A DNA stretch of 64,000 nucleotides. Source: Candidatus Poribacteria bacterium (GTDB lineage Bacteria; Poribacteria; WGA-4E; JAJDTR01). Under the pieces are notes generated by a model. It saw nothing but the letters and a program-made list of their open reading frames with translations, had not been told where the DNA came from and searched no databases. This document shows positions 11,692 to 21,809 of this stretch, piece by piece (the stretch's first letter is position 1; the number at the start of each line of letters is the position of its first letter). Position numbers and translations under genes: made by a program. The stretch lies in contig CBDCTK010000002.1 in NCBI GenBank assembly GCA_965222225.1, positions 2,080,001 to 2,144,000 of the forward strand. Direction: 5' to 3'.

Positions 11692-12495
11692 TCAAAGATA
11701 ACGACGGAGATCCTCATGGCTCGTTGTTCCAATTCCACCTGCGCAATTTCTCCAACCCCCGTCAATGATGTATTCTTCTCCGGTCGTGTAGGTTGCCTCA
11801 GCCGCAATGTATAGTACCAAGTCGGCGATTTCCTCCGGCGTGGCTACGCGCCCCATTGCTTGCCGGGCTTCAAATCCTTTGCGTAACCCGGGCGTGGTTG
11901 CCCGTTCATTTCGCCAAGATTCCGTGTTTACGGTTCCCGGACAAACGCAATTAATCCGAAAACCAAGTTGGACATGATCGTGTGCTAGTGATTTGGTCAA
12001 AGCGATAACTGCACCTTTGGTTACCATATACAGGTATCGATTCGCGGTAGCAAGCACGCTTGATGCTACAGAAGCCGTGTTCACGATACATTTGTCCCCT
12101 TCCGGGTTTTTGGCGTCCATTCTTGGAATGAATGCTTTGCACATATTGTGAACAGACTTTGTGTTGATATTGATTGCCCTGTACCACTGTTCGTCATCAC
12201 ACTCGTGAATAGTCCCCTCGGGAACGTGCCCCACACAATTGAAAAGCACATCAATGGTCTTCTGTTCCTGATCCACACGAGTTGCGAATTCTCGCACAGC
12301 TAATGCATCGGTTACATCAAGGGTAACGGGGATTACTGAATCTCCGATTTCCGCTTTCAGTTGTTTGATTTTGCCTTCTTGTACGTCGCAGGCGTAGACG
12401 GTTGCTCCTTCTTGAGCAAATCGTCTTACGGCCGCGCGGCCAATGCCTTGTGCCGCAGCCGTGGCAATAGCTACTTTGTCTCTCAAACGGCCCAT
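11692..12495 (-). CDS. Short-chain dehydrogenase/reductase (2-keto-3-deoxy-sugar-acid dehydrogenase-like)
   Basis: TAAAQGIG, YMVTK, NCVCPGTV, IDGG. Confidence 0.88.
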   Translation of the reverse strand: MGRLRDKVAIATAAAQGIGRAAVRRFAQEGATVYACDVQEGKIKQLKAEIGDSVIPVTLDVTDALAVREFATRVDQEQKTIDVLFNCVGHVPEGTIHECDDEQWYRAININTKSVHNMCKAFIPRMDAKNPEGDKCIVNTASVASSVLATANRYLYMVTKGAVIALTKSLAHDHVQLGFRINCVCPGTVNTESWRNERATTPGLRKGFEARQAMGRVATPEEIADLVLYIAAEATYTTGEEYIIDGGWRNCAGGIGTTSHEDLRRYL

Positions 12496-12806
12496 ATTAA
12501 ACTCCGCGAATTGAGGGATAGTCTCAAGGTTCTGTGGTTTCCCGCGTCTGCTGAAAGGTCATGACAACATCGAAGCCGTCCAAGCTGCAAAATGGTGCCA
12601 AAAATATCCACCCTTATAACATTCTTGCATTGATTCTAGCGTCTCAAACAGAATATCATAGACCAAAGTGTCAATCAACAACTTTGTAGCACATAACAAA
12701 GCCAATACTGATAAATTAAGCGACGTTCAAGAATGAACTTACATTTCGGTCTAGGTCCAAACCGCTCCTGCTGGATTGACAAATCCAGCAAATCTTTATC
12801 TAACCT

Positions 12807-12950
12807 GTAGGTTAGGTTGAACGATCGACTAAGCCAATAGATCAAGGGAAGTGAATAACGACCGATCAACTGAACGGATAGTGAAGGCGATAGAAAGTCC
12901 TGATAGCCAATCCTGCGATAGATATCCCTAGGCGATAAAGCTCCCATAGA
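12807..12950 (+). repeat. Nested array of GA-hairpin modules following a GTAG
   Basis: Cores at 12846-12863 and 12870-12886, followed by four GATAR..TCC tails. Confidence 0.82.
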
Positions 12951-13069
12951 GAAACAGCAGGGCCGTCAGCCTCCTTCGGAGGAATGACCTATTGAAGCTT
13001 GTTTAGAAGATCGGGCAATGGAGTGAATGCGGTTATAAAGATCTATTTAAATGATTCAGGGAGGAAGCC

Positions 13070-14008
13070 ATGTCCATCGCAATGACTGGACAACAGGAGA
13101 AAGACTTTGAGGAGAAGGGATTTTTCATTCTTGAGAACTTTCTGACCGAGGGTGAATTAGAGAAGTTGCTGTCGGCGGCAGACGACGTAGCTTCAAGGAT
13201 CCAAGAAACAAACGGCTTGAAACCCGATGAGCCATTCGCTGTCCGCAATGCACTTGCCCAGCACACGGCGTTTCTTGACCTGATTGACCATCCGAGAATG
13301 TTGCCGTTAGTTGTTGACGCGATCGGATGGAACATTCAGATACGGACCTCGCATCTGGACTACCGTCCGCCATACCCGCGCGACCTCAAGGCTGGAGAGG
13401 TGGGCAGGGGCAATGGCGAGGACCACCAAAAGGGCTACCGAAACGTTCTCTGGCATCCGGATTTGGCAGGTGACTATTTGTTCGAAGCGCCTTCGCTTGA
13501 TGGACGCCTTCCCTTCATGGAAGTCAAAGTCTTCTACGTGCTTTCGGACCAAAGCGAATCCAATTGCGGTAACCTGTGGCTGCTGCCGGGCAGCTACAAA
13601 CGCCTGCCGCAGGAACTGCGAGACACGGATCGGGAGGTGGATGCCAGCGAGGCGGTTGAACTCAAGCTGCCGCCGGGTGCAGCCGTACTTTGGCGCACTG
13701 CCACATGGCACTGTGTTGGCCCAAACCTGTCGAACAGGATACGCAAGATAATGCACGTTGGCTATCATTACCGGTGGCTCCGTCCCGCTGACTACATTCA
13801 GCAGGCCCCCGATCTAATTGCCAATAGCTCACCGATCCGCCGTCAGTTGCTAGGCGCATTGAACACCGGCAAGCACCCGCTGGGTGACGATCCTGATTTT
13901 CACCCATCGTCTCTATACTGGATCCCCAGAGATTGGGACGACGTGCCGTTGAAGGCGTGGGCAGAAGAACGCAGCGACGGCAAATGTGCGATGAATCCGC
14001 CACTCTGA
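13070..14008 (+). CDS. Phytanoyl-CoA dioxygenase (PhyH) family protein
   Basis: FEEKGFFILENFL, WHPD, LLPGS, WH motifs; GGAGG RBS. Confidence 0.88.
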   Translation: MSIAMTGQQEKDFEEKGFFILENFLTEGELEKLLSAADDVASRIQETNGLKPDEPFAVRNALAQHTAFLDLIDHPRMLPLVVDAIGWNIQIRTSHLDYRPPYPRDLKAGEVGRGNGEDHQKGYRNVLWHPDLAGDYLFEAPSLDGRLPFMEVKVFYVLSDQSESNCGNLWLLPGSYKRLPQELRDTDREVDASEAVELKLPPGAAVLWRTATWHCVGPNLSNRIRKIMHVGYHYRWLRPADYIQQAPDLIANSSPIRRQLLGALNTGKHPLGDDPDFHPSSLYWIPRDWDDVPLKAWAEERSDGKCAMNPPL

Positions 14009-14137
14009 TTGTGGTGAGCTCAAATCGCGCTAATTGGCGCACTCATAAAAAGACGTACGTCCAGCATTGGCGAAAACTTTGACCGAAAATCGGAACAGTC
14101 AATTTCCTCAACATAAAATACGCTAGGGAGGTATCTT

Positions 14138-15211
14138 ATGAGCGACACAATTCGCGTGCTTGTAGTGGGATGTGGGAACATGGGAGCATCGCACGCTCGG
14201 GCATATCATACACTGGATGGGTTTGAGATAGTCGGTGTGGTCAGCCGAGGACCGGAAACGCGCGGTAAGTTGTCCTCCGAGTTAGGGGAACTCGAACAAT
14301 TCGACAACTTCTATACGGCGCTGGATGCCACCAAGCCCGATGCGGTCTCAATCAGCACGCTTCCCGATACTCATGCGGAATTTGCGTTGAAATCATTAGA
14401 ATCGGGAGCGCATGTATTCGTCGAGAAACCTATCGCGCTAACCGTCGAACAAGCCGAATCGGTGAAACAGACGGCTCTGAGGCTAGGCAAAAAAGTGGTA
14501 GTGGGATATATTCTGAGGCAGCATCCCTCGTGGACGCTATTCATAGAGAAGGCACAGACACTAGGAAAACCGCTTGTCATGCGCATGAGCCTCAATCAGC
14601 AAAGTAAAGGGGAAGAGTGGGAGTGGCACAAGCGCTTGATGGACAGTTTCTCGCCTATCGTAGACTGTGGTGTACATTACGTTGATGTTATGTGCCAAAT
14701 GACCGGAGCGCAACCGGCGAAAGTACATGCCATCGGCGCTAGATTGTCGGACGAAGTCAAACCCGATATGTATAACTACGGCCAGCTTCAAGTCATATTC
14801 GACGATGGATCTGTCGGGTGGTACGAGGCGGCGTGGGGTCCCATGATTAGCGAGGAGGCATTTTTTGTCAAGGATGTTTCGGGACCCAAGGGCTGCGTCA
14901 GTATCGTCAAAGCAGCAGATGGGGATGACGCCGATTCGTCTGACATAGATTCACATACAAAAACAAACCGACTTCTCGTGCATCATGCCGCGCTTGATGA
15001 AAGCGGAAATCCACTCAGAGCCGACGAAATCATTGACACGACGGACGAACCCGATCACCAAGGGCTCTGTGATCGTGAGCAGGCTTTCTTCCTAAAGGCA
15101 ATCCGCGAAGACATGGACTTGACGGATCATTTGAGCGATGCCGTCAACAGCCTCCGCATCGTCCTCGCCGCGGACGAATCGGTGCGCACTGGCGAGGTTG
15201 TTGCGCTCTAG
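14138..15211 (+). CDS. Gfo/Idh/MocA family oxidoreductase
   Basis: VVGCGNMG, HVFVEKP, DCGVHYVD. Confidence 0.92.
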   Translation: MSDTIRVLVVGCGNMGASHARAYHTLDGFEIVGVVSRGPETRGKLSSELGELEQFDNFYTALDATKPDAVSISTLPDTHAEFALKSLESGAHVFVEKPIALTVEQAESVKQTALRLGKKVVVGYILRQHPSWTLFIEKAQTLGKPLVMRMSLNQQSKGEEWEWHKRLMDSFSPIVDCGVHYVDVMCQMTGAQPAKVHAIGARLSDEVKPDMYNYGQLQVIFDDGSVGWYEAAWGPMISEEAFFVKDVSGPKGCVSIVKAADGDDADSSDIDSHTKTNRLLVHHAALDESGNPLRADEIIDTTDEPDHQGLCDREQAFFLKAIREDMDLTDHLSDAVNSLRIVLAADESVRTGEVVAL

Positions 15212-15415
15212 GCGACGATTAAACGATTCGCCTCACTGCCCCCCCTGGCTTATCGACGGCATCATGGGACGTAGTGGGACGAGATTCAATCGTGGTCGAT
15301 TGATAGGGACGGTATTTCGCCCCCGCTGTTGTTCCCCTCGTTGACAGTTTTTCTGGCGCATTGCATACTATAAGTTGATTGCGCCATCTTCTTTTCAATA
15401 AGACTGAGAATTAAG

Positions 15416-16240
15416 ATGGAATACATTGACGCACACGTTCACGTATGGACGGACGACTTAGATGCTTACCCGCTCGCCGAGTCCTATACGAAGATCGATA
15501 TGCAGCCCGAGACTTTCTACCCTGAAGACATTCTCAGACATGCTTTGCCATCTGGTGTCAACCGAGTTGTGCTTATCCAAATGAGTTACTATGGCTTTGA
15601 CAATTCGTACATGCTTGATGTGATGGAGAAGCAGCCTGACGTATTTTCGGGGATTGCCATTATTGATTGGAACGGTGCACACCCCGACGAGGACATGCGA
15701 CGGCTCGCGGGCAGGGGAGTTCGCGGATTCCGCGTGTACGTAAAAGACGAACATGCGCTGAATGGAAGAGGCGTCGAACAGATGTTCGCGGCAGGTGCTA
15801 AGTATAACCGCGCCATTTGTCCACTAATCGATCCGGTAGGGCTCCCGTCTCTGGATAGGCGCTGTTCGCAATTCCCCGACACACCTGTCATCATCGATCA
15901 TCTCGGTCGAATCGGCGCGGCACAACCGGTAAAAGACGCTCACATCAACAGCCTGTGCGCTATGGCTAAACATGCCAACGTGATGGTGAAAATTTCAGCC
16001 TTCTATGCGCTCGGTAGAAAGACGCCGCCGTATGTAGATCTCGTGCCCCTCATTCGCCGCGTTTACGACGCTTTTGGTCCCGAACGCTTGATGTGGGCGA
16101 GTGATTGCCCCTTTCAAGTGGTCGATCATACATACGAAGATAGTATCGGTTTAATCCGAGATCGTCTGGATTTTCTCTCCGCCGAGGATAAAGAGCTGAT
16201 TCTTCGGAAAACTGCCGAGGATTTCTTTTTTCTGACTTGA
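15416..16240 (+). CDS. Amidohydrolase_2 family protein (sugar lactonase-like)
   Basis: IDAHVH, IDHLG, FGPERLMWASDCP. Confidence 0.88.
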   Translation: MEYIDAHVHVWTDDLDAYPLAESYTKIDMQPETFYPEDILRHALPSGVNRVVLIQMSYYGFDNSYMLDVMEKQPDVFSGIAIIDWNGAHPDEDMRRLAGRGVRGFRVYVKDEHALNGRGVEQMFAAGAKYNRAICPLIDPVGLPSLDRRCSQFPDTPVIIDHLGRIGAAQPVKDAHINSLCAMAKHANVMVKISAFYALGRKTPPYVDLVPLIRRVYDAFGPERLMWASDCPFQVVDHTYEDSIGLIRDRLDFLSAEDKELILRKTAEDFFFLT

Positions 16241-16374
16241 AACAGTAGGACCCGCGTATTAGCACCTTCAGAACTCAATAAATTGTCGATTCGTGCTTCG
16301 CGAATAGAACGTTCGGTGCGCGACGCATCAGGCAGCCGCTATAGATTCCACCTACCCCTTCCCCGATTTAACAG

Positions 16375-16403
16375 TTGACAGCATGGCTCGTTAAAGCTAT
16401 TAT
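16375..16403 (+). promoter_or_regulatory. Putative sigma70 promoter
   Basis: TTGACA-17nt-TATTAT upstream of 16483. Confidence 0.55.
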
Positions 16404-16482
16404 AACCATACCTTCGACACAACTGTCGGCGTGGTAGCATACCAAGTTATCAAGGTCTTCGGATCGCGAGCGAAAATGGCCT

Positions 16483-17214
16483 ATGAATATCCTTATCACT
16501 GGAGCCGCAAGTGAGTTGGCTCAGGCACTTGCCTCACACCTGAGTGAAAATCATCAAATTCGCTTGACCGACATTGTAGACATCAAGACCGATTTTGAGT
16601 TCGTTAGGAGCGATTTTGGTCACGATGACGCGACCAATGAGTTGGTCAGAGGAATGGATAGCATCATCCATCTCGCAGAACTTCCTCCCGATTATTCGGA
16701 TGATTCGCTGGATTCGGACAATTTGACGATAGACTTCCTTACCAGGTGCACCTATAATCTGTTGTGGGCGGCGGTAGAGGAGAAGGTTAAAAAGGTGGCG
16801 TATGCAAGCACGCTCAAACTGTTCGACAGGTACGATGACGACCTAACCGTCACCGAAGACTGGAGACCGCTCCCATCTACTGACCCGTATGTATTGGGAA
16901 AGCATTTGGGCGAGTTTACGTGCAAAGAATATGCGAGGACAGCACAGATCCAAATTACCTGCTTGAGATTCGGGAACGTTGTCCGAATCAACGACATCAA
17001 AGACAAACCCTACAACCCCGCTTGGATTGAGATTAGAGATCTCGTCCACGCGTTTGAATGTGCTTTGGGTGAAGAACCTCCCGACCTCAAGCGGGACTGG
17101 TCGGTTTTTCACATTGAGGCCGATGCGCCCGACACCGATTTCCCGCCAGCCAGAAAGGCTAGAGGTACGATAGGTTACGCCCCGAAGTACCAGTTTAGGA
17201 AATCACATCCATAA
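16483..17214 (+). CDS. NAD-dependent epimerase/dehydratase (uronate dehydrogenase-like)
   Basis: ILITGAAS, IIHLA, YVLGK (YxxxK), CLRFG. Confidence 0.8.
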   Translation: MNILITGAASELAQALASHLSENHQIRLTDIVDIKTDFEFVRSDFGHDDATNELVRGMDSIIHLAELPPDYSDDSLDSDNLTIDFLTRCTYNLLWAAVEEKVKKVAYASTLKLFDRYDDDLTVTEDWRPLPSTDPYVLGKHLGEFTCKEYARTAQIQITCLRFGNVVRINDIKDKPYNPAWIEIRDLVHAFECALGEEPPDLKRDWSVFHIEADAPDTDFPPARKARGTIGYAPKYQFRKSHP

Positions 17215-17323
17215 TCCAGACGGGTACACCGATTTACAAGAAGCGGTACGAGATATTAGGGTTTCATTTATTAAGTTACAATACTAGGAGATAATCAACC
17301 AACTCGGAAGGAGAGTAGGTTTC

Positions 17324-18403
17324 ATGAAAGGTGCAGTGCTGTACGAAGTCAATACGCCGTTGAAAATCGAGGAATTTGAATTGCCCAAAACCGGTCCCAA
17401 CATGATACGCGTGGGATTGAGAGCGGCAGGTGTCTGCCACTCGGATTTTCATGTCGTTAAAGGTGATTGGCCCCAGCACACGACTCCACTCATCCTTGGA
17501 CATGAAGGCGCAGGAGTCGTCGAAGAGGTTGGATCGCAGGTGAGCGGTATCAATGAAGGCGATCACGTTATTCTTTCGTGGAAGCGCCAATGTGGTCACT
17601 GTGAAATGTGCCAGAAAGGGTTCCCCAACCTGTGTGATCTTCCGTCTTACGAATTCGGATTGCCCCGTACTAAGAGTGGCGAGACAATGAATAAATTTGT
17701 CGGAATGGGCACCTTCAGCACTTCTACGCTAGTTCCTATAGATGTTATCGTTCGAATTGATAAAGACTTTCCATTCGCGCAAGCGGCACTAATTGGTTGC
17801 GGTGTCATGACAGGAGTCGGAGCGGTCATCAATACCGCTAAAGTTGAGCCTGGAAGCAGTGTGGCAATTTTTGGGTGCGGCGGTGTGGGACTGAATTGTA
17901 TTCAAGGCGCTGTCTTGGCAAGCGCGGAGCCGATTATTGCCGTTGATGTCCGTGACAACAAGCTAGAAATGGCACGACAATTTGGCGCGACCCACACGGT
18001 CAATTCTTCACGAGAAGACCCCGTCGAACGTATACAGGAGATTAGTGGTGGACCGGGCGTGCATTACGCATTCGAGGCGATCGGATTAACGGGTGAACCG
18101 TTTCTCCAAAGTATCGAATGCACACGCAAGCGTGGAGTGACAGTTTTCGTCGGGCATGCACCTGAGAACACACCACTCGCAATGGACGCGCGTATGCTGA
18201 TGTACGAGAAGTCAATTATCGGTTGTTACTATGGATCGGCGAGGACTCATGTGGACTTCCATCGGTTGATTGGCTTATACAGGGCTGGAAAACTGAAACT
18301 GGACGAGCTGGTTTCGCGAACCTATCCGCTTGAAGGGGTAAATGACGCTTTTACGGCACTCGCCAAAGGAGAAGTTGCGCGAAGTGTCTTATCTATAGAA
18401 TAA
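17324..18403 (+). CDS. Zn-dependent alcohol dehydrogenase
   Basis: GVCHSD, GHEGAG, CxxCxxC...C structural Zn site, GCGGVG. Confidence 0.93.
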   Translation: MKGAVLYEVNTPLKIEEFELPKTGPNMIRVGLRAAGVCHSDFHVVKGDWPQHTTPLILGHEGAGVVEEVGSQVSGINEGDHVILSWKRQCGHCEMCQKGFPNLCDLPSYEFGLPRTKSGETMNKFVGMGTFSTSTLVPIDVIVRIDKDFPFAQAALIGCGVMTGVGAVINTAKVEPGSSVAIFGCGGVGLNCIQGAVLASAEPIIAVDVRDNKLEMARQFGATHTVNSSREDPVERIQEISGGPGVHYAFEAIGLTGEPFLQSIECTRKRGVTVFVGHAPENTPLAMDARMLMYEKSIIGCYYGSARTHVDFHRLIGLYRAGKLKLDELVSRTYPLEGVNDAFTALAKGEVARSVLSIE

Positions 18404-18541
18404 GAGAGTGAGTCGCTGCAGCTCCACCATTTGACATCGCGGGGCAACCTCATAATATTAGCGGGAAATTTGTCAATTCGGGATTTGTTAAGGCGTTGAT
18501 GTCGTATCCAAATTTCAATTCTTGTCTCTAGTGGAGAGTTC

Positions 18542-19177
18542 ATGACCGATTTTCTTTTTCAATCAGGTGACAAAGTCCTGTTTATCGGTGACAGTATTAC
18601 GGACTGCGGGCGACGCGACGAACACGCACCGCTCGGAAATGGCTATGTGAGCAGAGCGGCTGAGCTTATAACGGCAAAGTACCCTGAACGACGAATCGAA
18701 TATGTCAACAAAGGTATCGGCGGCGATGTGGTTGAAGGGCTAGAGCAGCGCTGGGACACGGACGTGATTGCCGAGAAACCGGATTGGCTTTCCGTAAAGA
18801 TCGGCATCAACAACACAAGCCGACAATTAACTGCCGGGCTGCGGACGGAAGAGTATTTGCCGGAGTGGGAGGCGTGCTACCGGCGCATTCTTTCCCGTGT
18901 GAAGGAGGAGCTTGACGCAGAACTGTTCATGTTTGAAATCTTCTACATCGCAACGGATGTTGCGGAACCTCGGCCAGTGCCTGTGGACGCTTATAACGAA
19001 GTCATCCACCGTCTAGGGGGCGAATTCAACGCACGATTGGTTAGGACAAGTGATGCATTCCATCAGGCTGTGAGAATGCGGCAAAGGGAACTGTGGACTA
19101 CTCAGGATGGCGTACACCCGAATCCGGCAGGCCATACAGTGATGGCATTGGAATTCCTAAAGCAGGCGGGATGGTAA
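18542..19177 (+). CDS. SGNH/GDSL hydrolase
   Basis: FIGDSIT, NKGIGG, IGINN, DGVHP. Confidence 0.92.
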   Translation: MTDFLFQSGDKVLFIGDSITDCGRRDEHAPLGNGYVSRAAELITAKYPERRIEYVNKGIGGDVVEGLEQRWDTDVIAEKPDWLSVKIGINNTSRQLTAGLRTEEYLPEWEACYRRILSRVKEELDAELFMFEIFYIATDVAEPRPVPVDAYNEVIHRLGGEFNARLVRTSDAFHQAVRMRQRELWTTQDGVHPNPAGHTVMALEFLKQAGW

Positions 19178-19244
19178 ACGCGCGTTCTTGTAAGCCCACC
19201 CTTTGTGCTTACCATTTCACCCCAGTTAACGACTGACGTAGTTC

Positions 19245-19520
19245 CTATTTATCGATCAACATTTTCCGTGTAGCGGCGAAATCACCGGCTGTCAACGTAC
19301 AAAAATAGATGCCACTTACCACCGACTCGCCATGTTTGTTGCGTCCATCCCAATACGCGGCACGGCTCCGGCTCTGATATATTCCTGCAGGTTGATGTCC
19401 GAACACCAACTCCCGAACCATCAGCCCATTAGTATCATAGATTTTCATCGTGACCTCTGCTGCCTCCGCCAACTGATACGTCGTTTACGCTTCTAAGCTG
19501 AACCAATTGGAATAACATTA
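19245..19520 (-). pseudogene. Detached, degenerate FlgD-Ig/T9SS-like C-terminal domain
   Basis: YSNWFSLEA*TTYQL (decayed YPNPFNPETWIPYQL) then IYD..G..VREL...YWDGRN..GE.V.SGIYF. Confidence 0.75.
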
Positions 19521-19606
19521 GACAGAACTGTTTCTTGCGAAATGAAAATAAGATGCTCATTTTAACAATGCTTCCAAAAAAACTTATACACAGCCACCGT
19601 AGCAGT

Positions 19607-21592
19607 CTATTCCAGTTTATTTTGCTGAGCATCCCATATTCGAATTGCGTTGGTTCCACCCGGATCGGCCCCGCTCCCACTTATTAGGTTGAGTCCGTCG
19701 GGAGTAAATGCCAGGGCACTGACCGGATTGTCCCATTCATAGTCGAGCAAGAGTCCACCTGTTTCCACATTCCACAACCGAATTGTTTTGTTGGCGTAAA
19801 CGCCGAAACTATAATTGGCATTTGCGCTTCCGGTTGCTAAGGTATGCCCATCAGGGGAAAAAGCGACAGAGTTGACCACAGTCGAATGTTCAAGCGTCTG
19901 CCGATTTTCGCCGCTTCGGACATCCCATAACTTAGCCGTTTTGTCCGCGCTACCGCTCGCCATCGTGAGCCCATCCGCAGCCAACGCAACCGACGTAATA
20001 TCTTCCGCATGTCCTTGCAGGGCGTGGAGACTTTCTCCAGTCAAAGCATTCCACACTCTGACTGTCTTGTCCGAACTACCGCTCGCAAGTATTGACCCGT
20101 CCGGAGCGAACGCTACAGAAGTGACGATGTCTGTATGCCCCTTCAAGGTACGCAGATGGCTGCCTGTGCGTACATCCCACAATCGAACTGTCTTGTCCCC
20201 ACTCGCACTCGCAAGCAGCGGCGCGGCCGAAGAATAGGCAATGGAAGTGACGGCACCTGTATGCCCTGTTAGAGTCCTAAGTAGTTTCCCAGAATCGACG
20301 TCCCACAGTAGAACGGCCTTACCAACTCGCATTACATCATCCATTTCACCAACCAGTAAAGGAATGGTCCCGTCACTCCCCCAAAAGAGTCCGGCGCCGC
20401 TAGCCAATGTAAATCCGTCTGGAGAGAACGCTACGCAGCCGAACGCTCGGGCTTCCGAATTACGGAATCCAAAGGGCATAATAATGCGTCGCCCATTTTC
20501 GGGATTTATCACATCAATTAGGGATCCCATGCTTCCTATAGCAAGTTTCAGACCATCGCGAGAGAGCGCAACCGAAGTGACTGGGCGCCCCCGGGGGAAC
20601 GTCAATCGGGGACGCCTAATGCGCGTGTCCCATAGAAGTATCGTATTGGGCCAACTCCCGCTGGCAATCGTAAGTCCATCGGGAGAGAACGCAATCGAAT
20701 TGACGTCATTCTCATGTCCCTTGAGGGTCTGAAGGTGTCGCAGAGTGTGAGCATCCCACAATCGAACCTCCCACGGATGTCCGCTAGCCAGTGTAGCTCC
20801 ATCGGGGGAGAACGCTAGTGAAGTGACCTTGGGGTGATTCATCTCCGAGTTCCGCAAACTTTTTCCAGAATTAGCGTCCCAGAACCGGATAGTACGGTCG
20901 CCACCCCCACTAACGAGCATCGAGCCATCAGGCGAGAAGGCCAAGCCATAGACCGAATATGTATGCCCTTCAAGCCAATGCAATAGTTCCCCCGTTCGAA
21001 CATCCCACAGCCCTATCTTCATATCTTCGGCCATGCTGCCAGAGGCAAGTATGCTTCCATCAGGGGAAAACGCCACGGTATAGACCCAACTCGTGTGTCC
21101 GTTTAAGGTTTGCTTGTGCGCTCCTGTGTGAGAATCCCACAATCGGATTGTAGTGTCACCACTCCCACTAGCGAGCATCAATCCATCAGGCGAGAAGACA
21201 ACCGACATTACCTCCTCGGTGTGTCCAGAAAGGGTCTGTAGACTCTGTCCGGTGCGGGAGTCCCACAGTCGAACTGTGTTGTCTCCACTTCCACTACCCA
21301 CGGTGAAGCCATCGGGAGAGAATGCCACCGACGTTACATTCTCGGTGTGTCCCGTGAGTAGCGCGACTTCGGCACCGCTCTTTACATCATAAATCCAAAT
21401 GTGGAGTCCCCTAGCCACTGTAAGCTTAGTCCCGTCCGGTGAATAGGCGAGGTCATGCATCAACCCACCGCCAAGTTTGGCTTTCGCACCCTCGGGCACC
21501 TCCGATCGGTGCAAATACTGGGTATAGCTATCGTATGGAAGCAGAGCAGAAAGAAACAAAAAGCCGAAGATGGCAGAATGAATTCTTTTCAT
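19607..21592 (-). CDS. Secreted WD40-repeat protein
   Basis: Signal peptide; ~13 repeats of the GH...V.SVAFSPDG..LASGS.D.T.RLWD type. Confidence 0.93.
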   Translation of the reverse strand: MKRIHSAIFGFLFLSALLPYDSYTQYLHRSEVPEGAKAKLGGGLMHDLAYSPDGTKLTVARGLHIWIYDVKSGAEVALLTGHTENVTSVAFSPDGFTVGSGSGDNTVRLWDSRTGQSLQTLSGHTEEVMSVVFSPDGLMLASGSGDTTIRLWDSHTGAHKQTLNGHTSWVYTVAFSPDGSILASGSMAEDMKIGLWDVRTGELLHWLEGHTYSVYGLAFSPDGSMLVSGGGDRTIRFWDANSGKSLRNSEMNHPKVTSLAFSPDGATLASGHPWEVRLWDAHTLRHLQTLKGHENDVNSIAFSPDGLTIASGSWPNTILLWDTRIRRPRLTFPRGRPVTSVALSRDGLKLAIGSMGSLIDVINPENGRRIIMPFGFRNSEARAFGCVAFSPDGFTLASGAGLFWGSDGTIPLLVGEMDDVMRVGKAVLLWDVDSGKLLRTLTGHTGAVTSIAYSSAAPLLASASGDKTVRLWDVRTGSHLRTLKGHTDIVTSVAFAPDGSILASGSSDKTVRVWNALTGESLHALQGHAEDITSVALAADGLTMASGSADKTAKLWDVRSGENRQTLEHSTVVNSVAFSPDGHTLATGSANANYSFGVYANKTIRLWNVETGGLLLDYEWDNPVSALAFTPDGLNLISGSGADPGGTNAIRIWDAQQNKLE

Positions 21593-21809
21593 TCGTGATT
21601 CTCCTTGACGAGGTTATTCCAGTAAAAATATCCGATTTGCATAGTTGACAATCTACCTTTTAATCAAGGCACATTTCGCACTAGGAACGAGAAATTTTCC
21701 GCGCCATCAATTGTACTTTACTATATTTTTGATGTGCACAGTTGGTTTACACTTGTAGTAGAATTTGTAGTTTTCGGTCCAACAAAATACCTAGATTCCA
21801 TGTGACTAT

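Noticed and set aside
12807-12950. Module clusters as a CRISPR array
   Set aside because: No constant repeat/spacer periodicity, the variable parts are 17-nt self-complementary cores, and no cas genes are present
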